Shown piece by piece: positions 1 through 11,160 of a stretch of DNA of 64,000 bases (the stretch's first letter is position 1; every line of letters starts with the position of its first letter). Under the pieces are notes generated by a model that saw nothing but the letters and a program-made list of their open reading frames with translations, had not been told where the DNA came from and searched no databases. The position numbers and the translations under genes are program-made. Source of the DNA: Sedimentisphaerales bacterium (lineage in GTDB: Bacteria > Planctomycetota > Phycisphaerae > Sedimentisphaerales > Anaerobacaceae); NCBI GenBank assembly GCA_963708075.1, contig OY970194.1, positions 2,848,001-2,912,000 on the forward strand, written 5' to 3'.

Positions 1-608
1 AGAAAAGCAAGCGTCATGTTCACGCCACCTGCCGTCAAGCCTTTGATCGCGGCAATCCAGGTTGCATCGGATAGGGACACCTTGCGGGTCAGGTTGTTAT
101 CGATGCCCCATGCCAGGCAGGCCCCCACAACGGCCAAAGCGGGCCAGGCGATGGAGAACCGGGCTTCTCCCGGCCAACTGAGCACAACCGCGCCGGCGAC
201 GATAGCGGCCATCCCCAGCGCGATACGCCGGTCGAAATTCTCGCGGAAGACGAACCACGCCAGCAGCGTAGTGAACACACCTTCGGCGTTGAGCAGTAGC
301 GATGCGCCCGATGCTGCCATCCTGGCAAGCCCAAACATCAGCAGCACCGGACCAACCACCCCGCCGGCGAAAATCGCACCGGCCAGCCACGGCCATTCAC
401 CGGGCGCCAGCTTGCCCGCCGGCGTGTTGCGCACGCGGCGGTACAGACAGAGGCCAACTCCGGACCCGAGGTAGAGCAGGCCGGCCAACAGCCACGGGTC
501 GAGACCCGACAGCAGCCACTTGGCGAGCGGCGTACCGCCACCGAACAGAAACGCCGCGCCCAAAGCAGCCAGTACGCCATGTTGGCGTAATCCGTGTTTC
601 CAACTCAT
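1..608 (-). CDS. EamA/DMT family transporter (3' end beyond window edge)
   Basis: Manual translation from ATG 608: MSWKHGLRQHGVLAALGAAFLFGGGTPLAKWLL...LLAGLLYLGSG...SLLLNAEGVFTTLLAWFVFREN...WGIDNNLTRKVS; hydrophobic DMT pattern. Absent from the ORF track because it has no stop in the window. Confidence 0.85.
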   Translation of the reverse strand, partial: MSWKHGLRQHGVLAALGAAFLFGGGTPLAKWLLSGLDPWLLAGLLYLGSGVGLCLYRRVRNTPAGKLAPGEWPWLAGAIFAGGVVGPVLLMFGLARMAASGASLLLNAEGVFTTLLAWFVFRENFDRRIALGMAAIVAGAVVLSWPGEARFSIAWPALAVVGACLAWGIDNNLTRKVSLSDATWIAAIKGLTAGGVNMTLAF

Positions 609-871
609 CGTGCACCTCACGAAACGGATTACAGGATACTCTAAGACTTATTATAAGCTGCTGCGTCTTGTCGTTCAGCCCTGCAATTCATGCATTTTGG
701 GGACATCTTACTTTTTTCGGCTCGGAATTGAGTGCAGCGTCCCCCGGATATTTGCATTGCGTCTACCGCTTTGCACTCCTGCCGACGCGACAGGAGGGCA
801 GCGGTCGTCGCTTCTTATCCTGCCGACAACGGGCGGCAGCGGCAAGCGTCAGCTTGCCGATAGAGCTTCTT

Positions 872-3659
872 CTACCTGCGGATCTCGTAGTAATAGGTTG
901 CATAGCGGCCGTCGATGCGGAAAGAGTCGCCGGTCCGCTCGACTTGCCGGCCGGTCGGGACGCCATAGACGTCAACCACCTGCACGGAAGTCGCCGGGCT
1001 GCCTTTCAGCGTGATCGTCGCCTGGACGGGTTCGAGCAGCAGGGGCGGGCCGCCGGTCTCGACCAATTCTGTGCCGTCCTCGTTGTACACCGTGCCGAGT
1101 TGTTTGTCCCTCGCCAAGGCGGTGATCAGGATATGCCCGGACTCGATCAGCGGACGGTTATCCAGCGGTGTGAACAGCAGCGAGACGAAGGGCGTTGCAA
1201 TCTCCTTGATCGTCACGCCGGGCAGGTCGTACGTGCCGCCGGCAGCGAAGCCGACCACGCCCTGAGTCCTGTCGCTATGGATGGCGACGGTCTTGTCTGC
1301 GAAGTCCCACGTGAGCTGGCCCGTGTTGCTTTGCACGATTTGCCTGCGGCCATTGATCCAGTCTGCCAGTGGGGCAAGGTACGAGGGCGGCTGGCCGTCT
1401 GCCACTTTGAGTGTCACTCGTCCGACAGCAAGCGCTTCGACGGGCGTATCGCCGTGCGCAAGCAGCTCGTTCTCATCGCCGCCCACGCGGCCGGAGGTCT
1501 GCTGCAGGGCGTCCGTGCCGGCGAAGATCGCGCTTGTGGACAGCCGCCGGGCGGAGACGATCTGGCCTTCCGCGAAATGGCCGTTGTAGATCGCGAACGC
1601 GAGGGCGGGGAACTGGCCGATATAGTGCGGCGTCTCCGTCACGTAGGAGTTCATGCCGGGCCAGCCGTTGCCCATGTAACTGCGCGAGCCCGCGAAGTGA
1701 TACGATGCGTCCCAGCCCTGCAGGCCCAGTCCGTAGAACGCCACCAGCGGGGCGATTTCCGCCTTCCACTGGTTCGGCGGCATCTGCGTCCATTCGGTCA
1801 TGAGGAAGGGCTTGTCCTCCACCTGCCACAGGCCGCTGGACAGGATGCCGCGACCGGGCTTGTCCAGATGCGTCTGGTTGTTCACCTTGCCCGTGGTGAT
1901 GCCGTGTCCGCCCGCGCCGCCGCCGCAGTAGTTGTGCCGGTCGATGGCGCCCATGGCGTCATCGGTCCAGACGTTCGCGGCCGAGGCGGCCGGCCCGCCG
2001 GCGTACCAGGCCGTGCTCACCGTCACCGCCTTGTAGCCGATGTCGCGCAGCCGCTGCTGATAGGTTCTCATAGGTCTGCCGCTGCATCTCGGCCAGGAAG
2101 CGGATGAAGTCGCCCATTCGCGTCTTCTCGCTGCTCTTGTTGAATCGCGGGCCGTCCTTCTCCATCTCCCACGCGGCGTAGATGTACATGCTCGTCTCGT
2201 CCACCGAGTCGGGCCGGCTGCGCAGCGACCCATCGCCATTGTACGCGGCGCTGGTCCTGCGTCCTGCACCCCAGGCCTTGCTCAGCGCCTGGTCAGTCTG
2301 GTACTTGCCCTTGACCCACTGCTGCCACAGGAGCTTCAGTCTCGCGCCGTGCTTCGGATACGACTTGCCCGTGACGAAGCCGTCGCCCAGCGGGTTGTGG
2401 AAGAACACGCAGTCCTCGTTTCTCGCCTCCACAACCGCCAGGGCCGGATCGTCCTTGTACGCCAGCCCCGTGTACGGGTTGACATGGTTGAGCACCTCGC
2501 GGGCGTACTGCCATTGCGAGTCCTGGTATTCCTGGATGAACGTGGCCAGGCCGTAGGTGTCCTTGCCGGCCCCCTGGCTGGGCAGTTCGTTGTAGAGCCC
2601 CTGATCGATCCCCTGATCCGGCAGGACCACATGGTGGTAGAAAATGGACCACGTCATGTAGATGCCATTCTTCTTGAGGATGCTGAACCATCGGTCGAGC
2701 TTGTCGAGCCTGGCGGCATCGAAGTGCCGGCCACTCGCGTCGCGGGCCAGCGAGCCGAGCACGCTCTCCACCGGGTGTTGGCGGACCATGTTGATCCCGT
2801 GCTTGGCGTAGAACCTTGCCTGCCGCTCCTGCGCTTCGACCGTATCCGTCATGGAAGCGTCGATGCCCCAGAACTTGACGAATGTGCCGTCCTCGAAGGC
2901 GAAATCCTTGCCGCGGGAGGTGAGGACCCCGCGACTCCCCGCAGGTTTCTCGATCAAACGGCTCACATCGATGATCGAGTCGGCAGAGAACGGATCGGGT
3001 CCGGCCATCAGGACAAACCAGTCGCCCGGCCCCGACGCCGGGGCATTGGGATCAGGCGGAACCACCCCCGCCGGCGCCCACGGGAAGTTGACAAGCGCCA
3101 TCGCGTCGATGCCGCCGTGGTTGTCGGCGTCGCCCGCCCGCCGCGACAAGCGCACCTCGATCTCGCACGAGCCTTGCACAAGATCGAGCGCGCCGCCGTA
3201 GCACCACGCGATGAAACGGATATCGATGCCGGGCTCGACCAGATCGATCATCTGGTCCTTCGCCTCGGAGACATCGAGGGTCTTCCACGCGGTCCATGTG
3301 CCGCCCTGCCGGTAGCGATAGCTGTAGTTCCCGCCGCCGTTGCTGTTGCTGAACGGATTGAGCCGAATCCACCACGAATAGGTCCCGCCCTCGGCGATCG
3401 TGAGCCGGTACGTCGCCGAGGCCTGCTCGGTGGAGCCCTTGCTCGTGTAGTGCGCGAGCCAGGCGCCGCCGGCGGCGCCGGGAGTGCCGGGCGAGAGCAG
3501 GTCCTTCCTGATACCCGTATTCTGATACCACCCGTGCCGATTGAACGAGGTGGCGGCACAGTTCTCGCCCTCGATCCAGATAGCCTCCCTGCCCCCCGCC
3601 GCCTGAGATGCTACGACCAGCAAGACCAGCCCTGTTACGCACGTTTTGAAATCTGCCAT
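872..3659 (-). CDS. Secreted clan GH-A glycoside hydrolase (GH5/GH148-like), split by a +1 frameshift at ~2065
   Basis: Signal peptide from ATG 3659 (GAGG RBS); motifs GINMVRQH, HVNPYTGLAYKDDPALAVVEARNED (acid/base) and LMTEW (nucleophile). ORFs 1959..3782 and 872..2269 join as ...QRQTYETYQQRLRDIGYK if one base of GGTTCTC (2063-2069) is removed. Confidence 0.75.
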
Positions 3660-4109
3660 TTGACCTCTGATCCTCTTGAACTGCACGTCTCCTCCACCCC
3701 TGTGGACGGACCTGCCCATGAACCTTTCACGTGCCGCACACGCGATACGGCTGTTTCTACCGATGCTGCCAATATACCACATCCCAAGGATTTCAGGGAC
3801 ACTTTACCGGCAGTCGGCACTCACCCTTACACATTTGATTTCTGCGAAAAACCACTTGCCGAATCCCCGCCCCGGCGGTAGAATATGGAAAATCGCGGAA
3901 CGAAGGCGGGCGGCATGTTGTTATTATAATTCTCGCCATCATCGATCATAATTCGAACGCCTTTCATACCACGCCCCCCTTCCGAAGGATGTTCCCGCGA
4001 TTTGCGTCGTGGCACGCAAGGACGCAAGGATGTCGGCCCCCTGCTTGCAGGCGGGTCAACGCCGGTGGTCCGGCACGGTATCGTTCTCATTCATCGAAAG
4101 GCGACAATC

Positions 4110-6323
4110 ATGGAGCGGAGCAAGCAGTCAGCAGTCATTTGTATCATCGTGGGCCTTTGCGCAGTCGCACCGGCCAAGATCATCTACGTGGATGACGACG
4201 CTGCGCCGGGTGGCGACGGGGCTTCCTGGCAGAGTGCCTGCAAGTACCTGCAGGATGCGTTAGCGGCGGCCAAGTCGGTAGAGCAACCGGTCGAGATCCG
4301 AGTGGCACAGGGTACCTACAAGCCGGACCAAGGCACGGGGCGGAAGCAAGGTGACACTTCCGCATATTTCGGGTTGTTCGATAGCCTGGCTCTTGAGGGT
4401 GGGTATGCCGGCGCAGGAATGCCCGATCCGGACGCCAGGGATGTGAATGACTACGCTACGGTCCTCAGCGGCGATCTAAGGGGAGATGACCTTCCCGAGC
4501 TCCCCACACAGCCCTGGGAGCAATCCTCCGCTGACCGGGTGGACAACGTCACCCGCGTCGTCCGAGTTACAGGCGAAGATGTTATGATCAACGGTTTTGT
4601 CATCACGGGCGGCGACTACAGCATCATCTCCAGGGGAGGCGGGATCGCCGGCGCGGGAATGTCCATCCTGGGGAACAACATCAAAATCGCCAACTGCACC
4701 TTCACGAACAACAGAACGACAACGAGTTGGGGCGGAGCCATCGCCACTGGAGCCATTGGCTCCGTGGAGATCGTCGACAGCACGTTCAAGGACAACTACG
4801 GAGCCAAGGGCGGCGCCCTGTGTACCAACGGGGGCGGCGTCGATCTGTACCGCTGCGTGTTCATCGGGAACCGCTCGTACATGTCCGGCGGGGCCATAAC
4901 GACCTGGGGCGGTAAGGTGTTCGCAGCTTCCTGCACCTTCATCGGCAACACCAGCGGGTCGGGCAACTGGTGGTCTGAAGGCAACGGCGGGGCCGCCGCC
5001 GCGGAGGCAGAGGGCACGCTGGTATTTGAGGACTCGCTGTTCATGGACAACACCGCGATGGTGTCGGGCGGGGCAATTTGCGGCGACCTGAATTCCACGC
5101 TCACATTGAGGAATTCATTGCTCACTGGAAACATCGCGGCACTAGGGGGCGCCATCGCGGGCAGGAATCTCAAGCTGACGAATTGCACCATTGCGGGCAA
5201 TCGCGCGGCTCAGAACCCGGAGATACGCGCCAGCGGCAACGGCTCATCGCAGTTGTTCAACTGCATTGTCTGGAAGAATGAGAAGGTCCCTCCACAGGAT
5301 CAGACGGTGACCGATTGGCTGGGCGCCTGCTCCTACTGCTGTATCGATCCAAACGCGATTGCCTCGCGGGTGATCGGAAACATAGAGCGGGACCCCGCCT
5401 TTGCCATGCCCGGCTACTGGGACCCCAACAGCACGCCGGAGGATCCGAATGACGACTTCTGGGTGGCCGGTGATTACCACCTCAAGAGCCTGGCCGGACG
5501 CTGGGACCCGAACAGCCAAAGGTGGGTGATGGACGACGTCAGTAGTCCCTGCATCGATGCGGGCGATCCGAATAGCCCGGTCGGCGACGAGCCGGAGCCT
5601 AACGGCGGGCGGATCAACATGGGCGCCTACGGCGGCACGCCCGAAGCCAGCAAATCACGTTTGCCCAAGACATTCAATGAGAGGCTCCAGGACCTTCTGG
5701 CGACTGCCGAGGGCCAACCCAAAGGGCAACCGATGATTCGCAAACGCCAGAACTATATCAGCTTCATCCTGCCGCCCGCTGGGACACACTTCGGTGTCGA
5801 TCCAGACTACCGCAGCCCCGCGGAGAAAGCGGCCAATTGGTTCCTGTACCAATGGCGCGATTTATTTGTCAACTCAAGCAATGCGGTCAGTTTCGAAGTG
5901 AGCCGCGTCGGCACCTTCGACGCGTTCTATCAGCAGAAATACGCGGGTCTCGAAGTCTATGGAGCCCAATTGCACATTGACGTCCGGCAGGATGGCCGTA
6001 TTGAGTCGGTGACGAGCGGTATCCAAGTCGATACGTCGGTCCTGGACACAGGGAAGGTTTCGCTGACGCCTTCCCTGGATGGCGCGATGGCCCAGAGCAA
6101 GGCAATCGGCTTCTTCGCCGCACAATATGGATGGACGGTGACGGAGACATCGCCGCCGATTCTGATGATTTACGGGCCCCTCGTCCTCAGCGAAAAGGGC
6201 GAGATTCGCCTGGTATGGAAAATGGAAACCTATGGCGCGAGCCCACGTATGAATCAAGAAGTATTGGTGGATGCCCACAGCGGAGAGATCGTGCGCCACG
6301 TTTCGCTGATCGCGGTTCGATGA
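4110..6323 (+). CDS. Secreted parallel beta-helix (GGAI/FxxN repeat) protein with C-terminal FTP/PepSY-like propeptide domains
   Basis: Signal peptide, IIYVDDDA..DGASW, repeated FxxN..GGAI, DYHLKS..SPCIDAGDP..RINMGAYGGT; C-terminus FYQQKYAGLEVYGAQL and LVWK..EVLVDAHSGEIV. Confidence 0.75.
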   Translation: MERSKQSAVICIIVGLCAVAPAKIIYVDDDAAPGGDGASWQSACKYLQDALAAAKSVEQPVEIRVAQGTYKPDQGTGRKQGDTSAYFGLFDSLALEGGYAGAGMPDPDARDVNDYATVLSGDLRGDDLPELPTQPWEQSSADRVDNVTRVVRVTGEDVMINGFVITGGDYSIISRGGGIAGAGMSILGNNIKIANCTFTNNRTTTSWGGAIATGAIGSVEIVDSTFKDNYGAKGGALCTNGGGVDLYRCVFIGNRSYMSGGAITTWGGKVFAASCTFIGNTSGSGNWWSEGNGGAAAAEAEGTLVFEDSLFMDNTAMVSGGAICGDLNSTLTLRNSLLTGNIAALGGAIAGRNLKLTNCTIAGNRAAQNPEIRASGNGSSQLFNCIVWKNEKVPPQDQTVTDWLGACSYCCIDPNAIASRVIGNIERDPAFAMPGYWDPNSTPEDPNDDFWVAGDYHLKSLAGRWDPNSQRWVMDDVSSPCIDAGDPNSPVGDEPEPNGGRINMGAYGGTPEASKSRLPKTFNERLQDLLATAEGQPKGQPMIRKRQNYISFILPPAGTHFGVDPDYRSPAEKAANWFLYQWRDLFVNSSNAVSFEVSRVGTFDAFYQQKYAGLEVYGAQLHIDVRQDGRIESVTSGIQVDTSVLDTGKVSLTPSLDGAMAQSKAIGFFAAQYGWTVTETSPPILMIYGPLVLSEKGEIRLVWKMETYGASPRMNQEVLVDAHSGEIVRHVSLIAVR

Positions 6324-6383
6324 TACTGCGCGATCTGTTTGGGTTCCACCGCGTGCGTTTGGTCCGGCGGATGTAGGCGATGC

Positions 6384-6677
6384 TCAGTCCGTGGGTCGGC
6401 GTTTGGGGCGGGCGGCGGGTTTGGCGGGTTTCTTGGCTTTCTTGCTCAGGGGGAAGCGGGTCTTTTCGCCGGTTTGCTCGTTGATAACGCTGAACGCGCC
6501 GGTGTCGTCACGCAGCATCTGATCGTTGGCGTTGAGCAGTTCGATCCCGTAGACGGTGCCGTCGGGGGCCAGATCGATCACGAGCTCATCGCTGAGCTTG
6601 ATCGACTCGGCATCGGCCTTCTTCGCTTTGAACCGGATGTAGCCAACATTGTAGCGGGGATCATACGTGAATTTCAT
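6384..6677 (-). CDS. DUF2283 family protein (putative antitoxin-like partner)
   Basis: MKFTYDP..VGYIRF..LVIDLAPDGTVYGIELLNA signature. Confidence 0.8.
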   Translation of the reverse strand: MKFTYDPRYNVGYIRFKAKKADAESIKLSDELVIDLAPDGTVYGIELLNANDQMLRDDTGAFSVINEQTGEKTRFPLSKKAKKPAKPAARPKRRPTD

Positions 6678-6699
6678 GCAACCCTGCCCTGCCCTTCCA

Positions 6700-6951
6700 T
6701 CAGAAGTACCTGGTGACTACCGAGATGACCATCCAGCCATCATAGCGTCGGATCGCATACGCTTCAATCTGTTTCCAACTGTACTGTTTGCCTCTCCAGA
6801 ACTCGCCGAACTGGACATTGCGGCGAAATCCAAACCGGCCAAACCGTGCACTGAATCGCTCACCGGTCTCCACCGTAAGGACGACCTCTTCCTGGCTCGT
6901 GCCGCGTTCCGCCAGGCGGTCGCGGGCATGGGGATGAAAGCGAACCCTCAT
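6700..6951 (-). CDS. DUF4258-like protein (putative RelE/BrnT-fold toxin)
   Basis: FHPHARDRLAERG..EEV and terminal VISVVTRYF; directly upstream of the DUF2283 gene. Confidence 0.7.
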   Translation of the reverse strand: MRVRFHPHARDRLAERGTSQEEVVLTVETGERFSARFGRFGFRRNVQFGEFWRGKQYSWKQIEAYAIRRYDGWMVISVVTRYF

Positions 6952-7072
6952 CGTCGCGGTTTCCCATGCCGCACAGCGAAGGCGAACGTGGTGCCGGTGC
7001 CTGGAATCACGACATTAGTATACAATTGCCAAGGCCCCTTGACCAGCATTTTTTGGGGGCTGACGTGGTCCC

Positions 7073-7705
7073 TCAGATCAGGAAGGGGTTGGCCCGTTTC
7101 TCTCGGCCGATGGTCGATCTCATGCCGTGGCCGGGGTAGATGACCGTGTTGTCGGGCAGGGTCAGGAGCTTGCTCTTGATGCCGCGGATTAGTTGACCCA
7201 TATCGCCGCCGGGGAAATCCGTCCGTCCTACGCCGTCGGCGAAGAGGGTGTCGCCGACGAAGATCAGGCCCTCCTGGCGGGCGTACAGGCAAATGCCCCC
7301 CGGGGTATGGCCGGGCGTATGGAGGACTTCCAGGCGGATGCCCGCCTCCTCAATGGTCTGGCCCTCTTCCAGGAGCACATCGGCCGGCTTGGTGGTGTAG
7401 GGCTTCTCCACGAAGCTTGAGAGGTTCGCCGCCGCATTCGCCAGCATCGGTGCATCGAGCTTGTGAATCCCCACCTTCGCTTGGGGGAATTGCTGCCGCA
7501 GCACGTCCAGGCCGACGATGTGATCGACGTGCCCGTGCGTCAGGATCACCGCGACAGGATTCAGCGAGTGCTCGACAAGGAAGTCGACGACCTGCTGAGC
7601 GTCGAAACCTGGGTCGATGACCAGGCAATCCCGGGCCGGCTCATCGACGCGAACGATGTAGCAGTTGGTCTCGAAGTCTCCCAGGATGAACCGGTCTATT
7701 TTCAT
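7073..7705 (-). CDS. MBL-fold metallo-hydrolase (glyoxalase II/YcbL-like)
   Basis: THGHVDH, HTPGHTPG, GDTLF, GRTDFPGG and PGHG motifs. Confidence 0.92.
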   Translation of the reverse strand: MKIDRFILGDFETNCYIVRVDEPARDCLVIDPGFDAQQVVDFLVEHSLNPVAVILTHGHVDHIVGLDVLRQQFPQAKVGIHKLDAPMLANAAANLSSFVEKPYTTKPADVLLEEGQTIEEAGIRLEVLHTPGHTPGGICLYARQEGLIFVGDTLFADGVGRTDFPGGDMGQLIRGIKSKLLTLPDNTVIYPGHGMRSTIGREKRANPFLI

Positions 7706-7753
7706 TCGTCGCGCGTCCTTGCCTGACAATCGCCGGCGGGCGTGAACCCCGCC

Positions 7754-9004
7754 TTACTGTGGCGGCTTGTTCGGCTCCGGGGCGGGCGCGGGCTGTGCGG
7801 CCGGGATTTGCTCGGTCACTGCGGGCTGGGGCGCGGCTGCGGGCTGTTCCTGTGGCTTGGGCGGCTGCGGCTGGGCAGGCTGCGACTGCACCACGGGTTG
7901 CGCCTGGGGCGCCGCCGGCGGCTGATTCGGGTCCGCGGGCCTTGCTTCCGCTTCCTTCTTCACGTCCTCCAGAAGTCCCGAGCGGCTCATCATCAGGTAC
8001 TTCGCCTTCCAGTCCGGGACCTCGTAGATCCAGCCCTTGTGACGCGCCGTGAATTTCAGGGCGTGCTCCTGGGCCTGCAGCTTGGCTTCCTTCTTCTTGA
8101 GCTCCTCGGGCGAATCCTTCTCGTTCGGGTTGATCGTCACCTTGGTCGGGTCGGTGTACTGGGCCTCGCAAATCAGGTACGTCTTGGTCCCCTTCTTGGC
8201 GAGTTGCAGCTTGTACTCGGTGGAGTTTTTCAGCCGGCAGACGTAGGTGGAATCGAAGGTCAATCCCGTGACATCGCTGGGCGTATTGACGTCGTCAAAT
8301 CGCAGGCTGCTCAATGCGTTGAGGACGCTCTTGGCTTCGCTATCCTTGAGCTCCCTGTCGGCGGGCAGATCCGCCAGGACCGCACCGTCGCTTCCCTGCG
8401 GCCGCAGCGTGTAGGCGCCTTCCGGCGTGGTCACCGTCACCGTGTTGACATCCTCGCGTTTGACCGTCACAATCTCCTGGTTGACGTAATCGAGCGCCCG
8501 GTCCTTAAACCACGGCACGTTCTGCGCCACGAATACGGTGTCGCTCGACGCCAGCCGGACGTACGTGTCCTGCCCATTCTCCTGCGATTTCCCAATCACG
8601 ACGCCCGCCAGAAGTGAGCCATCCTGCTTGAAGAACTTGACCACGTGCTTGGCCTTCGCCTCAGCCACCTCGAGATCTTCATGGTTCTTCGGATTGGTCG
8701 TATAGACCTCCGACGTTTTGATGTCGAGGGATTTCGTGACCAGGTCGCTGATCTGTTTCGCATCGGCGGGGTAGTTCACCTCGTTGACGACGACGAACTG
8801 GGTTCCCTGCCGCTGGATTTTGATGGCGTCCTTGCCCTGCCCCACCACGATACTGGCGATGGCGTTCTGGTCAAGCCCCTGGACGAGGTACGCCGGACCG
8901 GATTGTTCGGCATGTTTCCCACCCGGAATCCGCGACTGAACCGCCGCCCAGACAACCATCACTGCCGCTACGATGGCGATTATGCCGAGTTTCTGGTTGC
9001 TCAT
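7754..9004 (-). CDS. DUF4340 domain protein (Gld-like ABC accessory)
   Basis: N-terminal TM anchor, IGK..TYVRL motif, Pro/Gln-rich tail; last gene of the ABC/GldG operon; GGAG RBS before ATG 9004. Confidence 0.75.
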   Translation of the reverse strand: MSNQKLGIIAIVAAVMVVWAAVQSRIPGGKHAEQSGPAYLVQGLDQNAIASIVVGQGKDAIKIQRQGTQFVVVNEVNYPADAKQISDLVTKSLDIKTSEVYTTNPKNHEDLEVAEAKAKHVVKFFKQDGSLLAGVVIGKSQENGQDTYVRLASSDTVFVAQNVPWFKDRALDYVNQEIVTVKREDVNTVTVTTPEGAYTLRPQGSDGAVLADLPADRELKDSEAKSVLNALSSLRFDDVNTPSDVTGLTFDSTYVCRLKNSTEYKLQLAKKGTKTYLICEAQYTDPTKVTINPNEKDSPEELKKKEAKLQAQEHALKFTARHKGWIYEVPDWKAKYLMMSRSGLLEDVKKEAEARPADPNQPPAAPQAQPVVQSQPAQPQPPKPQEQPAAAPQPAVTEQIPAAQPAPAPEPNKPPQ

Positions 9005-9019
9005 CCAAGCTACTCCTTC

Positions 9020-9107
9020 ATTGATTATCGATGATTGATAATTGATGATTTGAGGCCGCGTCCCGGCATCCACACAAATAATCAATCATCAATTATCCTT
9101 TATCAAT
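9020..9107. repeat. AT-rich heptamer-repeat hairpin, copy 1
   Basis: Arm of ~4.5 ATTGAT(T/G/A)-like units (9020-9051) and inverted arm (9076-9107). Confidence 0.85.
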
Positions 9108-9108
9108 C

Positions 9109-11160
9109 TTATGCGTCGCTCGCGTGACTGATGTAATGTCTCCGGCGGACGCTGCGCCACGTGCCCAGCATCAGCGCGATCACCATCACCACGCCCGGCA
9201 CGGACCCCACGTTGAACATCTCCAGCTTGTTGCCAAGCTGCTCGATCCGCTCGCGCCGCTTGGCCTGGACCGCCCGCAATTGCCGCTGGGCCGTGTGAAT
9301 CTTCAACTCGAGATCCCGTTTCTGCTGGACGATCGTGTCGCCCACCACCGCTTGCTGCTCGTCCCCTTTGGCGGAGGAGACCAATTCCTGCAGCTTCTGG
9401 TTGAAGCCTTCGATTTGCATGTTGATCACCGCGACTTCATTGGCGGTCTCTTCCTCCGCCTCCTGCTCGACCTCGTCCACGACGGTGAAGGGCCGCTTGT
9501 AGTTGCCTCGCGAGCGGATGGAGATCAGGTCGCCCGAGCCGCCCAGGTCCTCGATTGCGTTGATCAGCAAGGCGCTGTTGTCGCCGGCCACGGCCTTGAG
9601 GCCGAACGGCGTGGAGGCGTAGGCCATCATATCGCTGATGAAGTCCACATCGGAGAACACGATGACGGCACAATCCGCGGTCGCCTCGGTCAGGCCGGTG
9701 ACGTGCTTCTTGACCATCTTCGGCGCGTTGGGATCGCTGTCCTTGTCGGCCTCGTCCTTGTCTGCATCCTTCGCCGCGACCTCGACCTCGATGCCTTCCG
9801 GGAAGCTGCTCTTGAATCGGCCCGTGACGAGATAGCCCATTTTCACCGGCTCAGTCCCCTCGATGAACCTGCCCATGAGCTTGGCCGGATCGGGGAACAT
9901 CAGATCGAAGGAATTGGCGACCGTCCACGCATTTCCCGTCGCGGTCGTCATCACCAGAGGCGTCCGCTGGATCGACGGCGTTTCCGCAGCCGGCGCTTCT
10001 TCCTGCGGCTTGTTCGCATCCGCACTCTTCGCCTGCTCGGGCTTCTTCGCGAGATCGATCTCCTTCAGGGCGCCGGCAAACAGCACGCGGACCTGGTTCA
10101 GGTCGGTCGTGATCACACTGTCCTTGTTGAAACACCCCGGGGTCAGACCGAGGTACCCAATGATCTTCTCAGCCCGCTGGTCCCGATTGACGGCAGCCTC
10201 CAGAGCGAGACTCTTATCGCCGGCGAACGTATTCTTCGGCATCTCCAGGCCCCAGGTGCGCAGCAGCCGCTCCAGGTTCGAGCTCTGATCCTGAACCGAC
10301 ATCTGCATGGGGTTTCGCTGCGGGCGGTCCATGATGCAGTGCGGGTCCACACAGACGATTGTCCGGCCGCCCTTGAGGATGTATTGATCGATCGCAAACT
10401 GCGTCTTCTCGGGCAGATCCTTCGGATGAATCACAAGCAGGAGATCGACGTCGTTGATGTCATTGACATCCGTGCCGACCGTGGTCACCTCGTATTCACT
10501 CCTGAGCTGCTGAATAATTGTCCACGGCGGCTCGGGCTGCTGGCCCTGCATCTGCATCATGCGGGCCATGTAGTCGCTCGTGTCCTGCCCCATCACCGCC
10601 AGCGAGCTCATCACACCGATCTTCTTCTTCTGCTTGGTGATCGACGTGTCGATCAGGTAGCTGACATCGTACTCCACGAAATTCTGGCGGTCCGGTGCGA
10701 AGAACGGGATCGTCTTCTCCACACCGAACTGCGTCGTGACGACCAGCCCGAAGAAGAAGTTCTCCTCCTCGGTGATCGGGAACCGTCTCAGCCCGTGCCG
10801 GATCGCCTGTTCCTCCTCATCGGAGAACGGGCGAGGGTCGATCACTTCCAGCTCGATCAGGCCGCGCGACGCCACGACGTACTCTTCGAGCAGGGTCCGG
10901 ACGAATTCGTAGTAGTTGTTGAAGAAACGGATCTGGTCGGGGCCCTTCATCGCGGCCGTCTTGGCGTAGAACAGCTTGGCCTTGATCGGCTGATTCAGCC
11001 GGCCCAGAATGGCTTTGGTCCCATTGGAAAGGGTATAGATGCCCTGATCGGTGACGTCCACCCTCAGGCGTTTGCCCAGATTCTGGCTGATACTGATGCC
11101 GCTGAAGGCAATGATCAGAACAAGAACTGCACCCAGAAATGCTCGTATTGTCCGGCTCAT
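9109..11160 (-). CDS. GldG family ABC transporter auxiliary protein
   Basis: RVDVTDQGIYTLSNGT, FVEYDVSYLI, AIDQYILKGGR, VFSDVDF, LISIRSR, coiled coil and C-terminal TM. Confidence 0.88.
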   Translation of the reverse strand: MSRTIRAFLGAVLVLIIAFSGISISQNLGKRLRVDVTDQGIYTLSNGTKAILGRLNQPIKAKLFYAKTAAMKGPDQIRFFNNYYEFVRTLLEEYVVASRGLIELEVIDPRPFSDEEEQAIRHGLRRFPITEEENFFFGLVVTTQFGVEKTIPFFAPDRQNFVEYDVSYLIDTSITKQKKKIGVMSSLAVMGQDTSDYMARMMQMQGQQPEPPWTIIQQLRSEYEVTTVGTDVNDINDVDLLLVIHPKDLPEKTQFAIDQYILKGGRTIVCVDPHCIMDRPQRNPMQMSVQDQSSNLERLLRTWGLEMPKNTFAGDKSLALEAAVNRDQRAEKIIGYLGLTPGCFNKDSVITTDLNQVRVLFAGALKEIDLAKKPEQAKSADANKPQEEAPAAETPSIQRTPLVMTTATGNAWTVANSFDLMFPDPAKLMGRFIEGTEPVKMGYLVTGRFKSSFPEGIEVEVAAKDADKDEADKDSDPNAPKMVKKHVTGLTEATADCAVIVFSDVDFISDMMAYASTPFGLKAVAGDNSALLINAIEDLGGSGDLISIRSRGNYKRPFTVVDEVEQEAEEETANEVAVINMQIEGFNQKLQELVSSAKGDEQQAVVGDTIVQQKRDLELKIHTAQRQLRAVQAKRRERIEQLGNKLEMFNVGSVPGVVMVIALMLGTWRSVRRRHYISHASDA

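Noticed and set aside
302..2107. 601-aa plus-strand ORF and other long antisense ORFs (2349..3881, 9124..11232, 36691..39183, 39316..41322, 60574..62409)
   Set aside because: Shadow ORFs opposite well-supported genes in GC-rich DNA; no recognisable motifs.
4005..4080. GACGCAAGG stretch as a c-di-GMP-I riboswitch or sigma54 promoter
   Set aside because: Lacks the GGCAAAC and GNRA tetraloop elements; GG-to-GC spacing is 11 nt, not 10.
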